A stretch of 55,437 bases of DNA from Trueperaceae bacterium (lineage in GTDB: Bacteria > Deinococcota > Deinococci > Deinococcales > Trueperaceae). Positions within the stretch are counted from its first letter, which is position 1; each line of letters opens with the position of its first letter. The notes beneath the pieces were generated by a model that had not been told where the DNA came from, did no database searches, and saw only the letters and a program-made list of their open reading frames with translations. Positions 1 through 10,407 of the stretch are shown one piece after another. The translations under genes were made by a program, and so were the position numbers. The stretch spans positions 1-55,437 of the forward strand of contig JBBDRK010000010.1 of assembly GCA_040905465.1 (NCBI GenBank), in the 5' to 3' direction.

Positions 1-245
1 CCTTCAACCGAAGCCGTTTGCGGACGGCGCTATGCGTTGTACTGACTTCCAATATGCGCCTGCTCGCTGCCCCTGGGAACGTACTGCTCCCGGTTTCAGA
101 GACTGGCTTGCCAAAAGAGTCCTTGGCGAACGTGACACAGGTGGTGACGCTCGATGAGGAGTACCTGACGGAGCGCGTACGACGAATAACCAGTGAGCTC
201 ATGGCGCGAGTGGACGCCGGCTTGCGTTTGGTCATGGACCTGTAG
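1..245 (+). CDS. PemK/MazF-family type II toxin (5' end outside the window)
   Basis: The frame is open from the window edge: FNRSRLRTALCVVLTSN...APGNVLL...GLPKESLANVTQVVTLD...L.ERV..I....M..VDAGLRLVMDL, a typical MazF C-terminal two-thirds. Confidence 0.88.
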   Translation, partial: FNRSRLRTALCVVLTSNMRLLAAPGNVLLPVSETGLPKESLANVTQVVTLDEEYLTERVRRITSELMARVDAGLRLVMDL

Positions 246-347
246 CCAGCGCGTTATCTCGCATAGAGCGGCACCGCTCCAGCAGCATCCGCTCGACTGT
301 CACTGGCCGATCGCCCTGCTCTGCCGAAGCGAAAACCGATCCTCTCG

Positions 348-689
348 TCAGGCCCGGTACTTGAGCGCTTCCATCAATTCGTCGACGATCTCGTCTGTGT
401 CGCCGCGCAGGATCGCGGTCGAGACGTGATCGCGGATGTGCGAGCGGAGCACCTTCTCGTTGACCTTGGTGATGGCGCCCTGAACTGCGCTCAGTTGCTT
501 CATCACGTCGACGCAGTACACGCTCGGGTCGTCGAGCATCCGCAACACGCCTTCGAGATGGCCACGGGCGCCCTTCAGGCGCCGCACGGCATCCTGGCGC
601 GTCGCTGGATCGAGGTGCAGGCAATCAGGCTCCTGGGCCGCCGGCAGTTCACCGGTGGCTCCGCGCCTCGTTGTGTCGGTCCGGTCCAT
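348..689 (-). CDS. csoR: CsoR copper-sensing repressor
   Basis: RLKGARGHLEGVLRML...YCVDVMKQLSAVQGA...LRSHIRDHV has the Cys plus H-x3-H ligand pattern of Thermus-type CsoR. Its start overlaps the copZ stop (TGATG). Confidence 0.92.
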   Translation of the reverse strand: MDRTDTTRRGATGELPAAQEPDCLHLDPATRQDAVRRLKGARGHLEGVLRMLDDPSVYCVDVMKQLSAVQGAITKVNEKVLRSHIRDHVSTAILRGDTDEIVDELMEALKYRA

Positions 690-901
690 CAGCTCTGGGC
701 TGAGTCCGCCGGGGCGGCCGTGTAGCCCTCTTCTTCGACCGCTGCGACCAAGGCGGCGACGTCGGCGGTGCCTTCGACCTCCGCCCTGCCCTGGGCCAGA
801 TCCACCCGTACATCGCTTACTCCGCCCACTGAGGCCAGAGCAGATTCCACCGCGCTCTGGCAGTGTCCGCAGGTCATTCCGGTGATCTTCAATTCGGTCA
901 T
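689..901 (-). CDS. copZ: Copper chaperone (HMA domain)
   Basis: 70 aa, MTELKITGMTCGHC...EEEGY. A GAGGAG ribosome-binding site precedes the ATG at 901. Confidence 0.93.
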   Translation of the reverse strand: MTELKITGMTCGHCQSAVESALASVGGVSDVRVDLAQGRAEVEGTADVAALVAAVEEEGYTAAPADSAQS

Positions 902-919
902 ATCGTTTCTCCTCATCGC

Positions 920-934
920 CCCACTCCGGGTGGG
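920..934. promoter_or_regulatory. Putative CsoR operator 1 (CCCAC-TCCGG-GTGGG)
   Basis: G/C-tract pseudo-palindrome just downstream of a minus-strand TGcTACAGT -10 box (951-956) serving copZ-csoR. Confidence 0.75.
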
Positions 935-997
935 ACAAAGCGTTTGAGTAACTGTAGCACATTGTACTGGACAGTGATGTTCTCTCTTGACTACACA

Positions 998-1012
998 CCC
1001 ACCCCGGGTGGG
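998..1012. promoter_or_regulatory. Putative CsoR operator 2 (CCCAC-CCCGG-GTGGG)
   Basis: Near-identical second copy (14/15) immediately upstream of a TGgTAACAT -10 box (1017-1022) serving copA. Confidence 0.75.
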
Positions 1013-1077
1013 ATGGTAACATCGGACAATGACGGATCCCGGCATTCCCGGGCTCGAAGACAGCGAGGTAACACGGT

Positions 1078-3606
1078 ATGGCAGAGGTGACGGAAAACCG
1101 GCAGAAACTGACGATCGGCGTGCGTGGCATGACTTGCGCGTCGTGCGTGAGCCGTGTGGAGCGAGCGCTGGAAAAGGTGGAGGGCGTGAGTGAGGCAAAT
1201 GTGAACCTGGCAACCGAGAAGGCCAGTGTCGTGTTCGACGGCACGGTCGCCAAACCGGCTACGCTGCTCGACGCAGTTAGCGGTCGTGGCTACGAGCCGG
1301 TGACCGCCGAGGCGGCCCTGGCGGTCACCGGCATGACCTGCGCCGCCTGCTCCAGCAGGGTCGAGCGCGCCCTGAAGCGTACCGACGGCATACTGGACGC
1401 TTCGGTGAACCTGGCGACCGAAAAGGCGACTGTTCGCTATCTGCCCGACACCGTCGGCGTCGCCGGGCTCAAAGACGCCATCCGCGCCGCCGGCTACGGC
1501 GTCGTCGAGGAGGAGTCCGGGGTATCCCAGGTCGACCTCGAGCGCCAGGCGCGCGAACAGGACATTGCCCGCCTTCGCCGGGACGTAACCTTCGCCGGCG
1601 CTCTGACGGTGCCGATTCTGCTGCTCGAGATGGGGACGATGCTGGTACCGGCGTTCGGGATCATGCTGCACGACCTGATACCGCGGCAGGCTCAGCTCTA
1701 TCTGCTGTTCGCGCTCGCCAGCATCGTCCAGTTCGGTCCCGGCCTGCGCTTCTACCGCCGCGGCTGGCCGGCGCTGCGCCACGGTTCACCCGACATGAAC
1801 TCGCTGGTGATGCTCGGGACCAGCGCGGCCTACGGCTACTCGCTGGTGGCTACTTTCCTACCGGCCGTGCTGCCGGCGGGAACCGTTCACGTCTATTACG
1901 AGGCGGCTGCCACCATCATCACGCTGATCCTGCTCGGCAAGTACTTCGAGGCCGTTGCCAAGGGCCGCACCGGGGACGCCATGCGCAAGCTCATCAGCCT
2001 GCAGCCGGACACGGCGCGGGTGGAACGCGACGGTGAGACCCGGGAAGTGGCGATCGACGAGGTAGCCATCGGAGACATCGTGGTCGTCCGCCCAGGTGAA
2101 CGCCTGCCCGTCGACGGCGAAGTTCGGAGCGGATCCTCATACGTCGACGAGTCGATGATCACCGGCGAACCGGTTCCGGTGAGCAAGCAGGAAGGCGAGC
2201 CGGTCACGGGCGGCACCATCAACAAGACCGGATCGTTTCGCTTCGTGGCGACTCAGGTGGGAGCCGACACCGTTCTTGCGCGGATCATCAAGATGGTCGA
2301 GGATGCCCAGGGCTCCAAGGTGCCGATCCAGGCCCTGGCAGACAGGGTCGTCGGTGTTTTCGTGCCGATCGTCCTGGCGATCGCGGCGCTCACTTTCCTC
2401 GTCTGGCTGATCCTGGGGCCGCAGCCGGCGCTCACAATCGCACTGGTCAACGCCGTCGCGGTCCTGATAATCGCCTGCCCCTGCGCCATGGGACTCGCTA
2501 CCCCGACGTCGATCATGGTCGGTACCGGCAAGGCCGCCGAGCTGGGCGTCCTATTCCGAAACGGTGCGGCGCTGCAGGGACTTCAGGAGACTCACGTCGT
2601 GGCGGTCGACAAGACCGGCACGCTGACCAAAGGCCGACCGGAACTCACCGACTTCATGGTGCAGGAAGGGTTCGACCGCGACGAGGTCCTGACGCTGCTG
2701 GCGGCCGCGGAAAGCGGATCCGAACACCCTATCGGCGAGGCGATCGTTCGTGCGGCCGAAGAAGGCGGACTCGTACTGCCCGGCACTCAGGCGTTCGAAG
2801 CGGTACCAGGCTACGGCGTCGAGGCGACGGTGCAGGAGCGCCTGGTTCAGCTGGGAGCCGACCGCTATATGGCCCGCATGGGTATCGACGTCGAGCCGTT
2901 CGCCGAGGCGGCCGGCCAACTTGCCGACCAGGGGCGTTCGCCCCTCTACGCCGCTATCGACGGGGAACTGGCAGCGGTCATCGCGGTGGCCGACCCGCTC
3001 AAGCCGTCTACCTCGAAGGCGATAACTGCGCTCCACGAGATGGGCTTGCGGGTCGCCATGGTTACCGGCGACAACCGCCGCACCGCCGATGCGATAGCGC
3101 GCCAGCTCGGTATCGACGAGGTGCTCGCCGAGGTCCTGCCCGACGGTAAAGTCGCGGCCGTCAAGGCGCTCCAACGCGACGGCCGCAAGGTGGCGTTCGT
3201 AGGAGACGGAATCAACGACGCCCCTGCGCTCGCCCAGGCGGATGTGGGCCTGGCAATCGGTACCGGAACCGATATCGCCATCGAGAGTGCCGACGTGATC
3301 CTGATGTCCGGCGACCTGCGCGGCATCCCCAACTCGCTGGCGCTGTCGCGCTCGACCTTGCGCAACATCCGCCAGAACCTCTTCTGGGCGTTTTTCTACA
3401 ACATCATCCTGATTCCGGTAGCTGCCGGCGCTCTCTATCCCGCCTTCGGTATCCTGCTCTCCCCCATCTTCGCCGCAGCGGCTATGGGCGTCTCCAGCGT
3501 CTTCGTGCTCTCCAACGCTCTCCGGTTGCGTACCTTCCGGGCGCCCATGCGGGCGGAGCAAGGCCACGTCTCGAGACCTCCCGGGAGGCCGGCGTCCGCC
3601 CTTTAG
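1078..3606 (+). CDS. copA: Cu(I)-exporting P1B-type ATPase
   Basis: Two GMTCxxC HMA domains, plus TGEP, CPC, DKTGTLT, SEHP, GDGIND, YN and MxxSS motifs. Confidence 0.97.
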   Translation: MAEVTENRQKLTIGVRGMTCASCVSRVERALEKVEGVSEANVNLATEKASVVFDGTVAKPATLLDAVSGRGYEPVTAEAALAVTGMTCAACSSRVERALKRTDGILDASVNLATEKATVRYLPDTVGVAGLKDAIRAAGYGVVEEESGVSQVDLERQAREQDIARLRRDVTFAGALTVPILLLEMGTMLVPAFGIMLHDLIPRQAQLYLLFALASIVQFGPGLRFYRRGWPALRHGSPDMNSLVMLGTSAAYGYSLVATFLPAVLPAGTVHVYYEAAATIITLILLGKYFEAVAKGRTGDAMRKLISLQPDTARVERDGETREVAIDEVAIGDIVVVRPGERLPVDGEVRSGSSYVDESMITGEPVPVSKQEGEPVTGGTINKTGSFRFVATQVGADTVLARIIKMVEDAQGSKVPIQALADRVVGVFVPIVLAIAALTFLVWLILGPQPALTIALVNAVAVLIIACPCAMGLATPTSIMVGTGKAAELGVLFRNGAALQGLQETHVVAVDKTGTLTKGRPELTDFMVQEGFDRDEVLTLLAAAESGSEHPIGEAIVRAAEEGGLVLPGTQAFEAVPGYGVEATVQERLVQLGADRYMARMGIDVEPFAEAAGQLADQGRSPLYAAIDGELAAVIAVADPLKPSTSKAITALHEMGLRVAMVTGDNRRTADAIARQLGIDEVLAEVLPDGKVAAVKALQRDGRKVAFVGDGINDAPALAQADVGLAIGTGTDIAIESADVILMSGDLRGIPNSLALSRSTLRNIRQNLFWAFFYNIILIPVAAGALYPAFGILLSPIFAAAAMGVSSVFVLSNALRLRTFRAPMRAEQGHVSRPPGRPASAL

Positions 3607-4415
3607 GGCTCCCGCGCGCGGGCAGCAGATTCCGGAGTGGGCTCGTCCAGGGCCGCCACCGGATCACCGAGCGGGAACCTGTACGGAGCGATCAGATCAG
3701 CGGGTAGCAGTTGCAGCGACGAGCCCAATCCTGCGGGAACCTCGCTCGCGGACAGGATGTCGACAATATGGTCGATTGCGCCGGCAGTGTCACTTATGAA
3801 ACGCGACAGGTTCGGCTCGTTGAGATACGGATACGTTCTCTCGACCACATGCGATGACGGCGCTGTGTAGAACTTGCGAATGAACTGCATCTGCTGGCGC
3901 ATCGAGGCCAACGGAATGAACGGCAAGTGCGGTAGCTGGGGCAGCTCTGCCGGCAGGAACACACGATGGAAGAGAGTCGCCTCCGACATCCCGAGGTACC
4001 TGAAATCGAGGTCGTACCAATCCTCTTTCATCTTTCGCCAGAACGTCGCTCGATCGAGCTGGTAGAACTTCCGATGGTCCCGCTTGAAACAGGGGTTCAA
4101 GCGGACGACCCACAAGTGGTCGCACACCAGATGCGCGAAGTAGCCCAGGAGGAAACTGTAGCGTTTCCGGTCGTCGTTCACCGCCAGTCCGCGCAGATGC
4201 TGCCGGTAGAAGTCGAGGTCGCGGGCGCCTTGCCATCCCCCGTTCGGGCCGAGAAAGTGCGTGATTTGTTTGGGCGGCAGGAACTCGGTCCGATCCTTGT
4301 TGGGCAGTCCGGAGTCGGGGGCAAGGTTGCCAAACGCGAACGCAGTCTCATCGAGGTCTGGAAACGACTCGAGAAGCCGCTCGGCTAGCCGAAGGTGAGT
4401 TATCCAGGTTCCCAA
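3603..4415 (-). CDS. Zinc-dependent phospholipase C-family protein
   Basis: TTG start after AAGGAG. Motifs: [30 protein letters not shown]. Confidence 0.7.
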   Translation of the reverse strand: MGTWITHLRLAERLLESFPDLDETAFAFGNLAPDSGLPNKDRTEFLPPKQITHFLGPNGGWQGARDLDFYRQHLRGLAVNDDRKRYSFLLGYFAHLVCDHLWVVRLNPCFKRDHRKFYQLDRATFWRKMKEDWYDLDFRYLGMSEATLFHRVFLPAELPQLPHLPFIPLASMRQQMQFIRKFYTAPSSHVVERTYPYLNEPNLSRFISDTAGAIDHIVDILSASEVPAGLGSSLQLLPADLIAPYRFPLGDPVAALDEPTPESAARAREP

Positions 4416-4569
4416 ACCGTCTCCTTCCGCGCTGGGTTCGACCGAACCTACCATCGTCGAATCAGACACCGAGTGGGAAGTGGGACAAATGTCTCTGGGG
4501 ATTCGGGCATGGCGGCGCTAGACTCGGGACAGTTCATATATACGATCTTTCGAGAGTGGAAGTGATGCC

Positions 4570-4809
4570 ATGAATACGACGCCCCCGACGGGTTTTCCGG
4601 GTGCTTCACGCACCAGCAGCGGTTACAGGCTGAAACGAGACAGCTACGTGTGGTTGGCCGGCAGCGGCTACCGGCACATGACGCGAGGAAGCATGTTGAC
4701 CGGCTACCTGCTGCGTCGCAACGAGGTCTATCAGAAGCTGGTCGTGGCCACCCAGGACGGCGTGTTCAACGTGAACGAAGAAGACGTGGAGCAAGTCGGC
4801 CCGTCCTGA
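4570..4809 (+). CDS. Small hypothetical protein (79 aa)
   Basis: Fills the intergenic gap with host-like codon usage and a TACGAT -10-like box upstream. No family recognised. Confidence 0.6.
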   Translation: MNTTPPTGFPGASRTSSGYRLKRDSYVWLAGSGYRHMTRGSMLTGYLLRRNEVYQKLVVATQDGVFNVNEEDVEQVGPS

Positions 4810-4832
4810 GCAGCGAGCCAGCCAAACACTCT

Positions 4833-5627
4833 TCAATCAGCGGCCGCATCGATTTCGACGATGCGGCCGCTGCTCGTCCTGGACGTCCCGCTGTCGGTCG
4901 CCAGCAACAGCCGCCCGTCGGCATCCACGCCACGGGCCCAGCCCCTCAGTTGGCGGCCGCCATCCAGCACCCGTAGGCGACGGCCGGCGAGGAGGTCGAA
5001 ACGAGCGAAGCGACCCGGCAAGGCCGGATCGGCGAGAAGTTCGTCCAGGCCCGCGCGTATTCCTCGCAGGACGATGTCGGAGACCTCGTCGGGGTCGAGC
5101 GACGGCAGGCCGACGGCGCCCGCAGGCGGGCGGTTGCGCACGTTGACGCCCACGCCGACCAGAAGGTGACCACGGACGTGCTCGCATAGAACTCCGCCGA
5201 GTTTGCCGCCAAGCTTGCCGCCGAGCTTGCCGTCGAGATTACCGTCGCGTCCGCGGCCGAGTTCGCCGTCGGACTCTTCGCATTTAGGGGTGTGGAACCG
5301 TTCGCCTGCACGATACAGATCGTTCGGCCACTTGAGGCCCACTTCGACACCGCTGGCTGATAGCGCCTCGGCAATACCGACCGCTACCGCAACCGCCGTC
5401 CTACCCACCTGAAACGACTTCGAACCGTCGGCCAGCACCAAGGTCTGATAGGAGCCTCCCGTTTCGCTTGCCCAGGGGCGCTGAAGACGGCCTCTCCCCT
5501 GCGTCTGTGCCTGCGCCCGGATTACGAGGCCGTGCACGTCCCGACCCTCGCCCAGCGCGGCGCGAGCGACATCCTGCGTCGAACCGACCGCCTCGTGCCG
5601 CTCGAACCGCAACTCGTCGGGCAGCAT
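4833..5627 (-). CDS. birA: Biotin-[acetyl-CoA carboxylase] ligase (no HTH domain) with an internal insertion
   Basis: GSTQD, AQAQTQGRGR..RPW, KWPND, KLGGVLCE, VGVGVNV and GVDADGRL motifs. The start is coupled to the smc stop. Confidence 0.93.
   Translation of the reverse strand: MLPDELRFERHEAVGSTQDVARAALGEGRDVHGLVIRAQAQTQGRGRLQRPWASETGGSYQTLVLADGSKSFQVGRTAVAVAVGIAEALSASGVEVGLKWPNDLYRAGERFHTPKCEESDGELGRGRDGNLDGKLGGKLGGKLGGVLCEHVRGHLLVGVGVNVRNRPPAGAVGLPSLDPDEVSDIVLRGIRAGLDELLADPALPGRFARFDLLAGRRLRVLDGGRQLRGWARGVDADGRLLLATDSGTSRTSSGRIVEIDAAAD
5194..5241. repeat. Four degenerate in-frame 12-bp tandem repeats inside birA
   Basis: ccgccgagtttg/ccgccaagcttg/ccgccgagcttg/ccgtcgagatta, encoding NLDG-KLGG-KLGG-KLGG. 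Confidence 0.9.
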
Positions 5628-8600
5628 CAGCCGACGGCGGCCGCCTCGTGGCGGGCGATCGAGAACACCCGGCTTACGCCCTGCTCGGTGGTGACTCCCC
5701 ACATGACGTCGGCCACCTCGAACGTCGCCTTTTGATGCGTGATGAGCACGAACTGGGTGCCGCGCTTGGCGAGCCGGGTAAGGAAGTCGCAATAGCGCCT
5801 GATATTCGCCTCGTCCAGAGGCGCATCAACCTCGTCGAGCACCGCGATCGGCAGGCCCTGCTGGCCCCCACCCGACATCAGGGCGAACAAAAACGCCATG
5901 GCGCCCATCGTTCGCTCACCGACAGACAGCAGGTTGAGCTGCCTGGTCTGCTTCCCCGGCGGTTGCAGCCTGATGCGCATCCCCACCGGCCGGCCCTCTT
6001 CCCGCTCCACCTCGATGTCGGCCTCGGCGCTCTCGCCGAACAGCTCGACCACGTGACGCCTGAAACCTTCGCGCAACAGCGCTGCGCCGGTCTCGAGGCG
6101 GCTCGTGGTTTCCTGGTCGAGCTGCTCCAAGGTCCCCGCCAACTCCTCGATTGCCTGGAGCGCTTTCTCCGACTCCTCCCTGAGCCCGTCCAGCCGTGCC
6201 TGTTCCTGCTCGAGCTCGAGTGCGGCGCGATGGTTGACTGCACCCAGCGCCTCCAGCTCGCCCGAAGCCTGCGTCAGCAGCGTCCGCAGATTTCGATCGG
6301 AGCCATCGATAGTCGGAATCCCGCCGGGGAAAGCGCGCAGCTCCTCGGATGCCAACTCCCAAGCCGCCTCGCGCCGTGCCAGGGTCAGGTTTATCCGCTC
6401 CAGAGCCTCGCCCCTGCTCGACTGCGCCTCGCCCGCCTGCGCCAGAGTGGTCTCGGCCTCGGCGAGAGACTCGACCGCGGCCCGATAAGCCTGCTCCTTG
6501 CTCGCCAGATCGGCGGGTAATGCTCGCTCGGCTGCCGCCACCTCGGTCTCGGCTCCGGCTGCCGCGGCCGCCGCTCTCTCCAGCTCACCGTGCAGCGACT
6601 CCCTTCGCTCGCCCAGGAGAGTGCGTCGCTCGCGGTCACGCTGGTACTGCGCCAACGCCGCCTCGTAGGCCTGCCGGCGCTCCACGGCCAGCAGGCGCGC
6701 CTGACGAGCTTCCGCCGCCATGCGTTGCCGATTCTCGACTTCGCCGCGGCAGGCTTCGAGCCGCACTTCGTTCGTTCGCAGTTCCGCGTCGGCGGCTGCG
6801 AGGCGCTCGCCGGCGACCGGCGCAATCGGTTCCGCCAACTGCTCCAACTCCGCACGCGCACGCTCGCTGCGACGCTGCAGCTCGCCTGCCAGTTCGCGCC
6901 GGGCGGCTTCGCCCTCGCGTCGGATCGCCAACTCCGCAAGCGCTCCGTCCAGTTCGCGACGCCGCGCTGCCTCGGTATCGAGCAGTGTCCGTGCCTCCGT
7001 CTGCAGCTCAAGCAACGCCGCCTCCGCTTCCCGGGTCCGCTCCGCGGCGGCCGTGGCGCTCGCCTCGGCGTCTTCGAGCTCGGCCGCCGCCCCCAACACG
7101 CCGGCCTGCGCCTGCCGCCGCCCGCCGCTCATGGCACCGTAGCTCTCCATCGTGTCACCGGCCAGGGTCACCATCCGGGGGCGGGTCTTTTCCCGCCGCG
7201 CCAACGACACCGCTTCGGGCATCGATCGGACGATGGTGGTGTTGCCGAGAAGCTGGTGGACGACCGGCGTGAAGCGCACCGCCGACTCCACCAGCTCGCT
7301 CGCCAGTCCGATCACGCCCGGTTCGCTTCGAAGCCGCTCGGAGAGTTGCGGAGGACGTGGATCGATCAGGTCGAGAGGCAACACGGTAACGAAACCGCCG
7401 GACTTGCGCACGAAGTCGAGCACTCGTTGGCCGGTGTCCGCGTTGTCTACCACCACGTATTCCATCCGCCTGCCCAGGGCGGCGCCGAGCGCCTCACGGT
7501 ACTCGTCGGGCACCCTGAGCAGGTCCGCCACCGAGCCGTGGACGCCGTCGATGCCGCTCGACAGGGCGTTTCGCGGTCCCTGGGCGTAGCCCCGGCGTGC
7601 CTCGAAGGCCTGGCGACTGCGTTCCGCGGCACGTCCACGCGCCTGTGCCTCGCCCACGGCGTTGGCATGCGCTGACTGCGCTGACTCGAGCTTCTTCCGA
7701 ACAGCTGCTAGCCGTTGCTCCAGCTCGCCTTGTCGCTCGCGCAGGGCGGTGGAGCGTGCCTCATGCTCTTCCAAGGACCCACCGTCGCCGGAGCGTTCGT
7801 CGAGTTCGCTCGCCTGCGCCGCCAGTTGCACCAGTTCCTGCTGAAGTGCTTCCCGCCTGCTCTCCAGCGCGGCACTCTGCTGGGCCGCCGCCGAAGCCTC
7901 GGCCCGGAGCCGTTCCAGTTCCTTCCGCGCCTCGTGCAGTTCGGCCTCGGTTCGCTGCCGTTCGCCGAGGGCGGCCTCGAGTTGCGCCTCCACCTGAGCT
8001 TCGGCGCCCTCTAGCGACTCCGGATCCCCATCGGGCTGTTCGGGCGGCCGGAGCAGCTCCAACGACGCGACCTCCTCGTCCAGCGAGGTCGACTGACGTC
8101 GGAGGTCGTGGAGCCTGGCGTTCACGCTGTCCGCCTTGGCCCGTGCCACGCGGACGTCCCCTCGCCGGGCCTCGCTCTCGGCCATCGCTTCGCGGTATAC
8201 GCGCTCCGACTCCGCTTGAGCACGCCGCAGGGCAGACACCTCCTCGCGGCCCTCGTCCAGCGCCTGGCGCGCCGTCTCGACCTCGTGCCGCAATGCGTTT
8301 CTGTCCTCGGTCAGAGCACCGATCTCGGACCTCAGGCCGGACTCGCGCAGCCGCGCCAGCGTGTAGCGCAGGCGCAACGTCTCGCGCGTCAGCTCGGCAT
8401 GCCTGGCCGCGCCAGCGGCCTCCTCCCGCAAACGCGACAGCTGGCGTTCCAGCTCCTGCATCAGGTCTTCGATCCGCTCCAGGTGGTCTCGAGCGGTAGT
8501 CAACCTGGTCTCGGTCTGCTCACGACGACCTGACAGCCGGGCGACGCCGGCAACCTCCGCGACGTACTGCAGCAGCTTGGCCGGGTCGGCCATCAGAACG

Positions 8601-9022
8601 CTGCTCACCTCCCCCTGACCGATTATGGCCAGGCCGCTCTTGCCCAGCCCGCTGCCTGCCAGCTCCTCGTCGATGTCGAGGAAACGGGCGTTCTTGCCGT
8701 TGAGCTTGAGCTTGCCGCTACCGTCACGGTGCAAGCTGCGAAACACCGAGATCCTCTTTCGTTCCTCACGGAACTCCAGCTCCACCTCGGCATAGCCCAG
8801 CGAGCGCTTGCCGGCCGCACCATGAAAGATGAGCTCGGTCTTCTCGCCGGCCCGGAACTCCGAAGCCCGGCCACCTCCGCTCGCCCACTTCAGCGCGTCG
8901 ATGACGTTGCTCTTGCCGGAGCCGTTGGGGCCCACGATCGCCGTGATTCCGGATGCGAGTTCTACGGTCGTTCGATTGCCGAAACTCTTGAAGCCGTGCA
9001 GTGTTAGCGCGGTGAGGCGCAC
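5627..9022 (-). CDS. smc: Chromosome segregation protein SMC
   Basis: GFKSF, Walker A GPNGSGKSN, coiled coils, hinge, LSVGE signature, LDEVDAPLD and ITH. Confidence 0.97.
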   Translation of the reverse strand: MRLTALTLHGFKSFGNRTTVELASGITAIVGPNGSGKSNVIDALKWASGGGRASEFRAGEKTELIFHGAAGKRSLGYAEVELEFREERKRISVFRSLHRDGSGKLKLNGKNARFLDIDEELAGSGLGKSGLAIIGQGEVSSVLMADPAKLLQYVAEVAGVARLSGRREQTETRLTTARDHLERIEDLMQELERQLSRLREEAAGAARHAELTRETLRLRYTLARLRESGLRSEIGALTEDRNALRHEVETARQALDEGREEVSALRRAQAESERVYREAMAESEARRGDVRVARAKADSVNARLHDLRRQSTSLDEEVASLELLRPPEQPDGDPESLEGAEAQVEAQLEAALGERQRTEAELHEARKELERLRAEASAAAQQSAALESRREALQQELVQLAAQASELDERSGDGGSLEEHEARSTALRERQGELEQRLAAVRKKLESAQSAHANAVGEAQARGRAAERSRQAFEARRGYAQGPRNALSSGIDGVHGSVADLLRVPDEYREALGAALGRRMEYVVVDNADTGQRVLDFVRKSGGFVTVLPLDLIDPRPPQLSERLRSEPGVIGLASELVESAVRFTPVVHQLLGNTTIVRSMPEAVSLARREKTRPRMVTLAGDTMESYGAMSGGRRQAQAGVLGAAAELEDAEASATAAAERTREAEAALLELQTEARTLLDTEAARRRELDGALAELAIRREGEAARRELAGELQRRSERARAELEQLAEPIAPVAGERLAAADAELRTNEVRLEACRGEVENRQRMAAEARQARLLAVERRQAYEAALAQYQRDRERRTLLGERRESLHGELERAAAAAAGAETEVAAAERALPADLASKEQAYRAAVESLAEAETTLAQAGEAQSSRGEALERINLTLARREAAWELASEELRAFPGGIPTIDGSDRNLRTLLTQASGELEALGAVNHRAALELEQEQARLDGLREESEKALQAIEELAGTLEQLDQETTSRLETGAALLREGFRRHVVELFGESAEADIEVEREEGRPVGMRIRLQPPGKQTRQLNLLSVGERTMGAMAFLFALMSGGGQQGLPIAVLDEVDAPLDEANIRRYCDFLTRLAKRGTQFVLITHQKATFEVADVMWGVTTEQGVSRVFSIARHEAAAVG

Positions 9023-9028
9023 GTGACC

Positions 9029-10390
9029 CTAATCGCGCGCCAGGCGCAGGAGGAACTCGGCCGAGGTGTGTATGCCCCGGTAATAGTTTTCGAGCCGGAA
9101 CTGCTCGTTCGGCGCATGAACGCGGTCGGTTTCCAGTCCCATGTCCAGCATCACCACGTCGGCCCCGAGCATCTGCTGAAAGGTGCTTACGATGGGAATA
9201 CTGCCGCCGGTACGCACGAACACCGGTCGCTTGCCCCAGACGGCTTCGACGGCGTCACCGGCCGTTACCAGCGCCGGAGAGTCGAGCGGCACGACCGCCG
9301 GCCAGCCACCGTGCAGGTCGATCACCTCGACATCGACCCCCGCTGGTGCGAGCCCCTCGAGGTGCTTGGTCAGCAGATCCGTGATCTCCGTTGGGTCCTG
9401 GTCGGGAACCAGCCGGCAGGAGATCTTGGCCATCGCTTCGCACGCTATTACCGTCTTCGAGCCCTCACCTTGGAACCCCCCGCCGATGCCGTTGACGTCC
9501 AGGGTGGGACGCGTCCAGATTCGCTCGATTACGCTGTATCCGGCTTCGCCAGGGCTGGCCTTCACGCCTACGTTGCCGAGGAAGTCGTCGGCGTCGAACG
9601 GCAGGTCGGCAAGCGCTCTCCGCTCGCTCTCGTCGATCTCGCGCACCCGGTCATAGAAGCCGGGCACGGTGACCTTGCCCTGCTCGTCGTGCAGGGCAGC
9701 GATCATCCGGGCGAGAACGTCGATCACATTGGGAACCGCTCCTCCATAGGCGCCCGAATGAAGGTCGCGGTTCGCCGCCCGCACCCGGACCTCCACATAG
9801 GAGATGCCGCGCAGTCCGTAGTTGAGACTCGGTTTGTCGGGACCGAGCATTGCGCCGTCGGAGATGAGTACCACGTCGGACTTCAGGCGCTCCTTGTTGG
9901 CCTCGATGAACGGCGCGAGATTGGTGGAGCTGACCTCCTCCTCGCCTTCCACCAGGAAGACGAGGTTGACGGCTGCGTCGGCATGTTCGGCCAGCAAGCT
10001 CTCGGCTGCCTTGACGTGCGCATAGATCTGGCCCTTGTCGTCGCTGGCGCCCCTGGCTACGATCTTGCCGTCTACCACGGCCGGCTCGAACGGAGGGCTG
10101 TACCACAGTTCCAACGGATCGGGCGGCTGCACGTCGTAATGGCCGTACACCAACACCGTGGGAGCGGTTTCCGACACCCTGCGCTCGGCGAGGACAACCG
10201 GATGGCCCGGCGTTTCGTGGATGTCGCAGTCGAATTCCTGGGCCAGGAACCGCTCGCGGAGAAACTCGGCCGCGCGCCGCACGTCGACGGAACGGTCGGG
10301 ATCCGCGGAAACCGACGGTATGCGGATGAAGTCCAGCAACTCGTCGAGGTGTCGCTGGCGATGCTTGGCAAGGTACGTCTCTAACGGCAT
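9029..10390 (-). CDS. M20-family dipeptidase
   Basis: YGHYDVQP, RGASDDKGQ, EGEEE, DLHSG, GGSIP and HAPNE motifs. Leaderless arrangement TATACT-7nt-ATG. Confidence 0.94.
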   Translation of the reverse strand: MPLETYLAKHRQRHLDELLDFIRIPSVSADPDRSVDVRRAAEFLRERFLAQEFDCDIHETPGHPVVLAERRVSETAPTVLVYGHYDVQPPDPLELWYSPPFEPAVVDGKIVARGASDDKGQIYAHVKAAESLLAEHADAAVNLVFLVEGEEEVSSTNLAPFIEANKERLKSDVVLISDGAMLGPDKPSLNYGLRGISYVEVRVRAANRDLHSGAYGGAVPNVIDVLARMIAALHDEQGKVTVPGFYDRVREIDESERRALADLPFDADDFLGNVGVKASPGEAGYSVIERIWTRPTLDVNGIGGGFQGEGSKTVIACEAMAKISCRLVPDQDPTEITDLLTKHLEGLAPAGVDVEVIDLHGGWPAVVPLDSPALVTAGDAVEAVWGKRPVFVRTGGSIPIVSTFQQMLGADVVMLDMGLETDRVHAPNEQFRLENYYRGIHTSAEFLLRLARD

Positions 10391-10407
10391 GCCGTGCAGT
10401 ATACCTC

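Noticed and set aside
1029-1193. ATG 6 nt after the copA -10 box opening an out-of-frame ORF that overlaps copA
   Set aside because: copA has its own GAGGT ribosome-binding site, and the peptide is mostly an alternate frame of copA with no further support. It cannot be distinguished from chance.
9023-10384. 453-aa + strand ORF antisense to the dipeptidase, and similar long shadow ORFs (21792-23438, 24225-26066, 44479-45633, 47072-48583, 53159-54298)
   Set aside because: They lie antisense to well-supported genes and have no recognisable motifs. Such ORFs are expected from stop-codon scarcity in GC-rich coding DNA.
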